Assembly: GCA_964482435.1 (NCBI GenBank)
Contig: CAYZXL010000002.1
Coordinates: forward strand, 19,083 to 83,082
Length of the DNA: 64,000 nt
Reading direction: 5' to 3'
Source of the DNA: an uncultured Verrucomicrobiota bacterium
Lineage (GTDB): Bacteria > Auribacterota > JABMQX01
How positions within the stretch are numbered: the first letter of the stretch is position 1; every line of letters begins with the position of its first letter. The position numbers and the translations under genes are program-made. Positions 1 to 7,454 of the stretch are shown here, one piece after another. A model generated the notes under the pieces. That model saw only the letters and a program-made list of their open reading frames with translations, ran no database searches and had not been told where the DNA came from.

Positions 1-143
1 TCATTTCCGGGCACGCGATTCACGCCGACGAGTCAAAGAGACATCCCGTGCCCTTCGGGCGGATTGCCTTGACCGCTCAGAGGTCGCTCGGCGACGTTGA
101 CCAGACTGAAGATGGCCGCCAGACGACGCCGGCAGGGCTTATC

Positions 144-893
144 TTACTCGAGTTCGCGTACTATTTCAACAGGTGTCTTGCACAATTTCACATCACCCCA
201 CACACCCATCTCCGCCCCTGCGATGATGACGATGCCCTCGACCCCTTCGATGCGCTTCCCTGCGTCGAGCCCTTTAGGAATATCGTCACCCGTCTTAACC
301 AGATTGCCAATCGCAGTCGCAGCGGCGTCTGCGAGAGCCGTCGAGCGGGAAAGGACAGTGACCGCATCAGCCAGCCCGAAGCTGAGCGAGTGACCAACCG
401 TACCCGACGAGGTGCACACCCCCAGAGGAGTCCCTTCCGGACTGACCTCTATGCCAAGCTTGTACGACAGCGGAGACCCGCCCGCATAAATCGCCACGAG
501 CCTTGTGCTGCGAACGCTCAGAAAGATGTCGCCGCCGTTCTCGACAATCACTTCGGGAGAGAATTGGAGCAGCTTTCTGCCGACTGCTTCCGCAATCGCG
601 CCCGCCACCGCTGCCATGGGCCCGACCCCTGCCTTTTCTCCAGCCGCGGCCATCTCCTGCACAATCGGAGCAGCATCGAATTCAGCCTTGACCGGCTTGA
701 GCGAGGTCTGGAATCGCGGATGACCAGCGATATAATCCTCCAGCGGTGACCTGACCTCCGTTATCGCGTCTATGGCCTCCTTTGCAAGGTTTCGCCACGC
801 TCGAATGTACAGGTCTGTTTCCTTGACCTGCGCGGTAAACGCAACAAGGTCCCGGCCCTTGACAAGGTTCCGGTACGTTCGAGGCTCGTACAC
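144..893 (-). CDS. UPF0280 / ApbE-superfamily protein (COG2122-like)
   Basis: Track ORF 144..1049 was trimmed. The GTG at 893..891 overlaps the TAG stop of the upstream NIL-ferredoxin gene (TAGTG), giving an N-terminus VYEPRTYRNLV. The body contains GPMAAVAGAIAEAVG and VIVENGGDIFL, a pattern I associate with UPF0280 proteins. The family call is from memory and was not searched. Confidence 0.7.
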   Translation of the reverse strand: MYEPRTYRNLVKGRDLVAFTAQVKETDLYIRAWRNLAKEAIDAITEVRSPLEDYIAGHPRFQTSLKPVKAEFDAAPIVQEMAAAGEKAGVGPMAAVAGAIAEAVGRKLLQFSPEVIVENGGDIFLSVRSTRLVAIYAGGSPLSYKLGIEVSPEGTPLGVCTSSGTVGHSLSFGLADAVTVLSRSTALADAAATAIGNLVKTGDDIPKGLDAGKRIEGVEGIVIIAGAEMGVWGDVKLCKTPVEIVRELE

Positions 894-1300
894 TAAAAGT
901 GCGTCTCCATAGCCCTCGTGGGGCAGGCTTTGATGCACAGCTCGCACCCGATGCACTTCGTGTCGTAGAAATGCACCTTCCGGGTATGAGGATCGAGGAC
1001 GAGCGCTTCCGTCGGACAGACCACCACGCAGGCGCCGCAGTGCGTGCATCGGGAGATGTTGCGGATGATGTCCTGGCTGAGAGGCTGCACCGATACGCCC
1101 AGTCCCCTCAGGTATTCGATGCCATCGTCATAGGCGTTATCCTCTCCCCTGAGCTCCAGGACAAGCAGCCCCTCCTCCCTCGGAGTCACATACGCCTTCA
1201 AGATGTTGAACTCCAGGTCAAATTTCCTGACAAGGTTGCACACTATTGGTTGGTCAACCAACCTGTGGGGAAAACGCAAAACTATTCGTCTTGAGACCAC
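893..1300 (-). CDS. NIL-domain / 2x[4Fe-4S] ferredoxin protein (homocysteine biosynthesis partner)
   Basis: 135-aa ORF with a GTG start preceded by GGAGGCGGGAGAG. It has an N-terminal NIL-like segment (VCNLVRKFDLEFNILKAYV) and two CxxCxxCxxxCP motifs (CTHCGACVVVCP, CIGCELCIKACP). Confidence 0.85.
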   Translation of the reverse strand: MVSRRIVLRFPHRLVDQPIVCNLVRKFDLEFNILKAYVTPREEGLLVLELRGEDNAYDDGIEYLRGLGVSVQPLSQDIIRNISRCTHCGACVVVCPTEALVLDPHTRKVHFYDTKCIGCELCIKACPTRAMETHF

Positions 1301-1393
1301 TATTCTCTCCCGCCTCCAGTCTCTTAATCAGGAAAGGGCGGCCGCCGGTCGTCTCGCTCAGCGGCCGCCAATCGTCCACTACCCGCGCCCGCG

Positions 1394-2548
1394 TTACTCC
1401 ACGGGTCGCTCTCTCAAGGGCTTGAAAGTGTAGCCCGAATCCGGCCCGGGCAAAAATGCTACCGGCTCCGTCAGTAAGAATTCGCCTTTCCTGACCCATT
1501 CCTTCAGGGTCTCAGCGATTTCCACCGCCTTCGGATAGCTCGACAACGAGGCCGTCGGGACTCGCTTCCCTCGCACCTCAATCGTCCCGGACTTCAATTC
1601 GGCATAGTTGACGTGCCCGAGGACCGCGGATTCCCTCTGTGGGTAGTCTTTGCTGTAGTCAACTATCGGCGCAAAGATTTCGGCGTCCCTCACCGCCGCG
1701 AACCGGCAGATTTCCTCATTCAAAATCGGAATCGGGACACCTATGCCCACGGTCAGGGTCACTCCGTACCCTTGAAACGACGTGCCCATCAGCCACTCCG
1801 CCTTCATCTGCTTGAGGTCGCCGATGACTGCCAGCGTACCCGCCCCGCCTTTTGGAACTCCGTTTTCTCCTCTCGGCACAGCCGGATTATGCTGCGTTCC
1901 GACCCACGCCACATATCCGACGCCGCCTCCGAGGAAAATCTTCGTCCCGATGCCGGTTGTCTTGTAGAGCGGGTCATTCAGCAACGGCGAAAGCTGACCG
2001 GCGCTGCAATAATTCGCATTGGCAAGGTTCGGCTTGAGCACTCCCATGTACGTGTAGATGAACCTGTCCGAGAGGTTCACGGCGACATTGTAGTTCTGGT
2101 ACGCGTTCCGCGGGTTGAACAGAACCGCCTCATTGAGGTCCTTGATGTTAATCCAGGTCTCGAGTTTTCTCCGGGGATAGCAGTCCGTCCCGTAGGCTGA
2201 CGCCACGAGCTTGATGTCCTTCCCAGCAACAAGCTCCTCGATGACGTGCCCTCCGCCGTACTTGAACTCGCCCGGATACACCTTGTTCCGCGGATCGTCC
2301 ACCGGCAAAGCCGTCGCGCCCAGAAGAACGTCCACCGCCGCGTAGCCCGTGTACGCCGGAACGTCATTCAGATAGACTGTCCCGCCGCCCAGTTTGATCC
2401 TCGGTTTCGCATGTCCGATGTTGAAGTAGATGCCCGACGAGCACATCGGTCCGAACGTCCCCGTCGTAACCACATCCACTTCCCTCGCGGCCCGAGCAAC
2501 GCCCTTCTCCTCGACGATGCCGATTAGCTCTTCCGCGGTAACAACCAC
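1394..2548 (-). CDS. COG1900/DUF39 homocysteine biosynthesis protein
   Basis: 384-aa ORF with DUF39-type sequence (VDVVTTGTFGPMCSSGIYFN, KYGGGHVIEELVAGK). The first canonical start is the GTG at 2548. Conserved N-terminal residues (TISEINEKIRAGKA) continue in frame upstream, so the true 5' end is uncertain (see findings). Confidence 0.85.
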   Translation of the reverse strand: MVVTAEELIGIVEEKGVARAAREVDVVTTGTFGPMCSSGIYFNIGHAKPRIKLGGGTVYLNDVPAYTGYAAVDVLLGATALPVDDPRNKVYPGEFKYGGGHVIEELVAGKDIKLVASAYGTDCYPRRKLETWINIKDLNEAVLFNPRNAYQNYNVAVNLSDRFIYTYMGVLKPNLANANYCSAGQLSPLLNDPLYKTTGIGTKIFLGGGVGYVAWVGTQHNPAVPRGENGVPKGGAGTLAVIGDLKQMKAEWLMGTSFQGYGVTLTVGIGVPIPILNEEICRFAAVRDAEIFAPIVDYSKDYPQRESAVLGHVNYAELKSGTIEVRGKRVPTASLSSYPKAVEIAETLKEWVRKGEFLLTEPVAFLPGPDSGYTFKPLRERPVE

Positions 2549-2698
2549 CGCCTTTCCGGCTCGTATCTTCTCGTTAATCTCAGAAATTGTCCTATCGAAT
2601 GTAGTGTCCTCCCGAAAGTCAATCAGTTGAATTTGTCAATTCTCGATCACCGGTTTTTGGCCACGCATGATCCATAACATCGCCACCACCTCCTCACG

Positions 2699-2721
2699 AA
2701 AAAAGGCAATTGGAGATTGCC
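2699..2721 (-). terminator. Intrinsic-terminator-like hairpin inside the 5' leader of the homocysteine operon
   Basis: The minus strand reads GGCAAT-CTCCA-ATTGCC followed by TTTTTT. It lies about 70 nt downstream of the predicted promoter and upstream of the coding region. Confidence 0.45.
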
Positions 2722-2799
2722 CGCGCAGTTCCATGACCCAAAGAATCGCGGCGCCGGTCCTGAGCTTTTCAATGCGCCGGTTCCGCAAAACTGTGCCGC

Positions 2800-2828
2800 A
2801 TATTAACAGGCCATTTGCGGCTTGTCAA
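2800..2828 (-). promoter_or_regulatory. Sigma70-like promoter (TTGACA-17 nt-TAATAT)
   Basis: Minus-strand TTGACA lies at 2828..2823 and TAATAT at 2805..2800, with an exact 17-nt spacer. It is oriented toward the COG1900 gene. Confidence 0.5.
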
Positions 2829-2898
2829 TACATTACTTAATTTATTATCAAATTAGTGTTTTCAGCTTTCTCCTCGTCGGATTCTCCCCGGATGGCCG

Positions 2899-3927
2899 TC
2901 ACGGGAACGACAGCCCGGGTCCTCGCGCGCATCGTGTTCTCTTCGAACCTCGTCTCGGCATGCCTTGCCAGCGACAAGACACCCGGGGCTTCTCGTGCTG
3001 CCCCGCTATCTTCAGCATCCCGTCGAGAACTCCTCTCCACCTCCTGGCAGCCGCTATGATTTCTGCGGTGCTCCTTGCGCCCTGTTCCGTGATAATTGAG
3101 GTTACGAGCCTGCCGGGCGTTACGTCAAAATAAACGTTTTGGGCACGGGTTCCGCTCAGCCCGCTTCTCAGCTCCTCAGCGCTCTTTTCTTCCAGTTCCG
3201 GAACGCCGCCTTCAAGCCGAAACTTCCAGCTATCGCACGCGACGTGAAATGGAATGTCGCTATCCTTCGCCGCCAGAGCAATCAGGTAAGTCCCCATCTT
3301 ATTGACAACCGACCCGTCCGAAAGCACGCTATCCGCGCCGACCAGAACCATCTGGCACTCTCGCACAAAATGCCCGGCTTCCGCGTCCGTTATGAGCGTA
3401 ACCTCAACGCCGCCTTTTTTCAGCCTCGCTGCCATCTTCCTTCCCTCGAAGAGGGGCCTCGATTCCGTCGCGAACACCGTTATCTTTTTTTCCGCACACG
3501 AGACAAGAGCCTTCAAGCACGTCTCGCTGTACGAATGAGTCAGGATTGTGGCTTGCTCGGGGACTGCTTGGGACGCGCGGAGAACCGTCTTCTGAATGTT
3601 TTCCCGCGCGACTTCTCTCAGCCCGTCCGACGCTTTGCATGCTGTATCTTTAACATCGCCGACGCTTCTCTCGTTCCCTGCGGCCATCGAAATCGCGTCA
3701 AAGGCGCGCACGACCGCGTTCGCAATGGGCGCCGACATCGAGGGCCTCAGGGAAATCAACCGAGCACCAAGCTTCGCCATCTCCCGCAAGAATGACTCCA
3801 CCGTTTCGCACTTGCTCTCGAGAGCCGCCAGCTTCACGACCTCGAGGGCTTCTCGAGCGAGAAAACCCGCCCCATGCTTCTGGTCCCGTGAGATCGCCGA
3901 GAGTTTCTCTTCAACACTCCCTGCCAT
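2899..3927 (-). CDS. eIF-2B alpha/beta/delta family protein (MtnA / ribose-1,5-bisphosphate isomerase-like)
   Basis: 342-aa ORF. FATESRPLFEGRKMA, VLVGADSVLSDGSVVNKMGTY and IPFHVACDSWKF match the IF-2B fold family. The last roughly 45 aa (RWRGVLDGML...GPGLSFP) are Arg-rich and look non-homologous, so the 3' end may be artificially extended. Confidence 0.75.
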   Translation of the reverse strand: MAGSVEEKLSAISRDQKHGAGFLAREALEVVKLAALESKCETVESFLREMAKLGARLISLRPSMSAPIANAVVRAFDAISMAAGNERSVGDVKDTACKASDGLREVARENIQKTVLRASQAVPEQATILTHSYSETCLKALVSCAEKKITVFATESRPLFEGRKMAARLKKGGVEVTLITDAEAGHFVRECQMVLVGADSVLSDGSVVNKMGTYLIALAAKDSDIPFHVACDSWKFRLEGGVPELEEKSAEELRSGLSGTRAQNVYFDVTPGRLVTSIITEQGARSTAEIIAAARRWRGVLDGMLKIAGQHEKPRVSCRWQGMPRRGSKRTRCARGPGLSFP

Positions 3928-4144
3928 GATTGCTCTTCCGTTGAGTTATCGCCAGGAGCCGATGGCCTGTGCCGTCCGTGCCCCCGGCACATTTCGTTCT
4001 CGTCCAGCCGGCGCGTCTGGCGCGGTGCATCGCCGAGCTGCAATCTTCCATGATACCACGCGGACCGTCCGCCTTCATCGGCTCTGATTCCTCGACGAGA
4101 CATTCCCCACCCCCGCATCCGCCATTCCCTTTCCGCTCGTCCTG

Positions 4145-6514
4145 TCAGAAGCGCTCGTGTTCTGTTCTTCTTATGATTTCGTCCTGGAGGTCCTGGCCAA
4201 GGCCGACGAAGTAGTCGCTGTACCCCGCTACTCTCACTATAAGATTTCTGTATTTCTCGGGGTGCCTTTGTGCATCGCGCAGCGTCTCGGCCGTAACCAC
4301 GTTGAACTGCATGTGGTGACCGTCCATTCTGAAGTACGCGCGAATCAGATTTGCGAGTTGCGCGATTCCTTCCTCATCCGACAGCAACTGGGGTGTGAAT
4401 TTCTGATTGAGAAGTGTACCACCCGTCTTGATGTGGTCCATTTTCGCTGCCGATCTCACAACCGCAGTGGGGCCCTTGCGGTCAGCGCCTTGAACTGGCG
4501 ATATGCCCTCGGACAGAGGCCCTGTCGCTTTCCTTCCATCGGGAAGTGCTCCAACCATGCTCCCAAAGTAGATGTGGACTGTTGTGGGAAGCAGGTTGAT
4601 TCTATGAACACCGCCTCTTGAATTGGGACGGCCATCAACCGCGGCATAGTATGCATTGAATATCTCTCTCATGACGTCGTCGGCATAGTCGTCGTCGTTT
4701 CCATACTTGGGGGTATCGTTCAGGAAAAGGTTTCTCAGCCGACCATCCTGACCAAAGTCTGACTGCAACGCGCTTAACAACTCCTTCATGACAACTCGCT
4801 TCTTATCAAAGACATTGTATTGTATTGATGTCATGGCATCGGTCACCGTTCCGAGTCCGACGCCTTGTATGTAGCTCGTATTGTATCGGGCACCGCCGTT
4901 GTGATAGTCTTTTCCTTTGCTGATACAATCATCTATGAGCAACGAAAGAAATGGCACAGGAACATACTCTGCATATAAACGGTCAATGATGTTATTGCCC
5001 TTGATCTTGATGTCAATAAAGTGTGTCAATTGCTTTCGATAAGCCCCGAACAGCTCGTCAAGAGTGTGAAAGCTGGCGGCATCTCCGGTCTCAACGCCAA
5101 TCTTCGCGCCTGTTCGAGGGTCAATGCCATTGTTCAGCGTGACCTCTAACACCTTGGGCAGGTTGAAATATCCGGTCAAAATGTAGGCTTCCTTACCGAA
5201 GGCGCCAGCCTCCACGCAACCACTCGCCCCGGCACATCGAGCATCCTCTATGGATTTCCCCTGCCGCACAAGTTCCTGGACGATGGCGTCGGCATTGAAG
5301 ACCGAAGGTTGGCCGAACCCCGTGCTTATTATCTTAATGGCGCGCTTCAAGAAACGGTCGGGATTCTTCTTGCTCAGTTGAATCATCGAGCTGGGCTGCA
5401 CAAGCCGCATCTCTTCAATCACATCAAGCATAAGATAGGAGAGCTCATTCACCGCGTCCGAGCCGTCTTCTTTCACCCCACCCAAATTGATAAGAGCGAA
5501 ATCCGTGTAGGTGCTGCTTTCCTCTGCAGTCACTCCGACTTTGGGTGGTGCAGGATGATTATTGAATTTGATCCAGAACGCCTGCAAGAGTTCCCTCGCT
5601 CGTTCCTCGGTTAGCGTCCCCGCTTCTAACTCTCGCTTGTAGAATGGATACAGGTGTTGGTCGAGCCTGCCGGGGTTGAACGAGTCCCACGGATTCACTT
5701 CGGTAATAACACCCACATGCACGAACCAGTAGTACTGAAGCGCCTCCCAGAACGTTTTCGGGGCATGTGCGGGAACTCGCCGACATATCTCCGCCATCGT
5801 CGCAAGCTCCTGCTTTCTCTCTGCGTGATTTTCGTGATCAGCGAGTTCTTCGAGCCTTTGCGAATGCCTTCTCGCAAAGAGGAGAAGAGCGTCGGCAGCG
5901 ATGTCCATCGCCCTGAGTTCTTGTATCTTGTCATAAGCTTCCGGGTCGTTGTAGAAATCCAACTGCGCCATGCTCCTTTGTATATCTTCTTTCAAATCAA
6001 GAAAGCCCTTTTTGTATATCTTGTCTCCTAAAGCTGTGTGCCCGGGCGCTCGCTGCTCCATGAATTCAGTAAACATCCCCGCACGGTACGACGCCTTCCA
6101 ATCGTCGGACATCTCTTGAAAGATACGGTCTCTGAGAGACTTGCCCTGCCAGTAAGGAATGATATTCGTTTCGTATATGCTCCTGGCTTCCTCGTCCACG
6201 AGGTAAGGGATGCGCTGGCGAGAATGTAGAACGTCGAGGTCATTCAACGTATGAGTACATATTTCAGGGTAGGTTGGCGTCGCCTTCGGCGAGGGGCCCC
6301 TTTCTCCGACTATAAGCTCTCCGTCGCCAATCCAGACCTTCTTCCTCTCTAAGATATACTTGAATGCCAGTGCGCGCTTGACGGGGACGGAAACTCTGTC
6401 CGCCAAATCGCTCCTATAGAATTCCGTAACCAAAATGGCGCGCTCCGGCGAAATTGAAGGCTTCTCGTTCACACTTTGTTCTCTGAGCCTGTGTATCCTT
6501 TCGTTCATTCTCAT
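4145..6514 (-). CDS. Glycyl radical enzyme, PFL2/glycerol-dehydratase/HypD-like (eliminase-type)
   Basis: 789-aa ORF with the C-terminal glycyl radical motif RVAGYSDYF and the thiyl loop GASGCVEAG (Cys-x-Glu). Confidence 0.9.
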   Translation of the reverse strand: MRMNERIHRLREQSVNEKPSISPERAILVTEFYRSDLADRVSVPVKRALAFKYILERKKVWIGDGELIVGERGPSPKATPTYPEICTHTLNDLDVLHSRQRIPYLVDEEARSIYETNIIPYWQGKSLRDRIFQEMSDDWKASYRAGMFTEFMEQRAPGHTALGDKIYKKGFLDLKEDIQRSMAQLDFYNDPEAYDKIQELRAMDIAADALLLFARRHSQRLEELADHENHAERKQELATMAEICRRVPAHAPKTFWEALQYYWFVHVGVITEVNPWDSFNPGRLDQHLYPFYKRELEAGTLTEERARELLQAFWIKFNNHPAPPKVGVTAEESSTYTDFALINLGGVKEDGSDAVNELSYLMLDVIEEMRLVQPSSMIQLSKKNPDRFLKRAIKIISTGFGQPSVFNADAIVQELVRQGKSIEDARCAGASGCVEAGAFGKEAYILTGYFNLPKVLEVTLNNGIDPRTGAKIGVETGDAASFHTLDELFGAYRKQLTHFIDIKIKGNNIIDRLYAEYVPVPFLSLLIDDCISKGKDYHNGGARYNTSYIQGVGLGTVTDAMTSIQYNVFDKKRVVMKELLSALQSDFGQDGRLRNLFLNDTPKYGNDDDYADDVMREIFNAYYAAVDGRPNSRGGVHRINLLPTTVHIYFGSMVGALPDGRKATGPLSEGISPVQGADRKGPTAVVRSAAKMDHIKTGGTLLNQKFTPQLLSDEEGIAQLANLIRAYFRMDGHHMQFNVVTAETLRDAQRHPEKYRNLIVRVAGYSDYFVGLGQDLQDEIIRRTEHERF

Positions 6515-7311
6515 GCTCCCATGACGACTCTCATGCCACGGTTCTCAAAGCGCCGCTGGACGGATTTCATCAATTCGTCTGTAGGTGGACGAAACCGTTC
6601 AAGTTCGTTCTTCCGTCCTAATCTCTTATATTTCTCCGATGCCATTCGGTGATATGCCAGGAGGGAGACATCCCTCAGCTTCTTCAACGAAGCCACAAAA
6701 TCGGCGACAGCATCAATGTTCTCTTTCGTATCCGTTATTCCGGGGACGACGAGAAATCGAATAACCACTCTTTTGTCCAGCCCGTCAAGAGTTCTCAAAT
6801 TATCCACGATGGAGCGATTGGAAACGCCAGTATCTTTTTCGTGTTCAGAATCGTCCATGAGCTTCAAGTCGTAAAGAAAAAGGTCAACGCTGTCGAGAAA
6901 AGAAGCGAACACTTCAGCGGGAGCATAACCGGACGTGTCGAGACAGGTGTGAAGGTTTTTTCCCTTACATGCATCGAGGAGCGAACCCAGAAATTTGGGC
7001 TGTGCCAGAGGTTCACCTCCCGAGAAAGTCACACCGCCGCCGGATTCCTCGAAGAACAGAATGTCCTTTTGAACTTCCTCCATGACCTCTTTGACGTCAA
7101 CAACTCTGCCGATTACCTCCCGTGTCGGCACACCATCGCTATTTTCAGGAAACACGGCGCGGATTATTGTCTCCGGTTCGGGATTCTGTCCCTCCGGATT
7201 GTGGCACCACGGACATTTCAAGGGACATCCTTTGAAGAAAACCGTTGTTCGGATACCCGGCCCATCATGAATCGCAAACCGCTTGATGTCGAATATGGTT
7301 CCCGTCTGCAT
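6511..7311 (-). CDS. Glycyl-radical enzyme activating protein (radical SAM)
   Basis: 266-aa ORF with GPGIRTTVFFKGCPLKCPWCHNPE (CX3CX2C) and a GGEP motif. It has a 4-nt ATGA overlap with the downstream GRE gene. Confidence 0.9.
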   Translation of the reverse strand: MQTGTIFDIKRFAIHDGPGIRTTVFFKGCPLKCPWCHNPEGQNPEPETIIRAVFPENSDGVPTREVIGRVVDVKEVMEEVQKDILFFEESGGGVTFSGGEPLAQPKFLGSLLDACKGKNLHTCLDTSGYAPAEVFASFLDSVDLFLYDLKLMDDSEHEKDTGVSNRSIVDNLRTLDGLDKRVVIRFLVVPGITDTKENIDAVADFVASLKKLRDVSLLAYHRMASEKYKRLGRKNELERFRPPTDELMKSVQRRFENRGMRVVMGA

Positions 7312-7454
7312 GTTTCGTTGGTGGTTCTTCCGCGGCTTCGCAGCTCTTACTTGTGTTTCGGATTCAGCAGAATATCCGCCCCTCGATTTTCCCCTATTTC
7401 AAAGTAACCCACAAGAGGAACTTCGTGGTTCGAAACCCTTCTGCGCGGCTCGCA

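Noticed and set aside
894-1049. The long form of the UPF0280 ORF (ATG at 1049), which overlaps the NIL-ferredoxin gene by 157 nt.
   Set aside because: The extra 52 residues (MHALRRLRGGLSDGSARPRSS...) are Arg-rich shadow sequence of the ferredoxin gene. The GTG at 893 gives the family-typical YEPRTYR N-terminus and a 1-nt stop/start overlap.
2636-2638. In-frame TGA between the SD-equipped uORF (ATG at 2680) and the COG1900 frame, considered as a selenocysteine or readthrough codon that would give a longer protein.
   Set aside because: The residues upstream of the TGA (MLWIMRGQKPVIEN) do not correspond to anything I know in COG1900 proteins, whose N-terminus aligns about 15 codons downstream of the TGA. 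Only a weak AU-rich GAATT/AATTC stem follows the codon, with no convincing bacterial SECIS. I know of no selenoprotein form of this family. It is kept only as a uORF observation.
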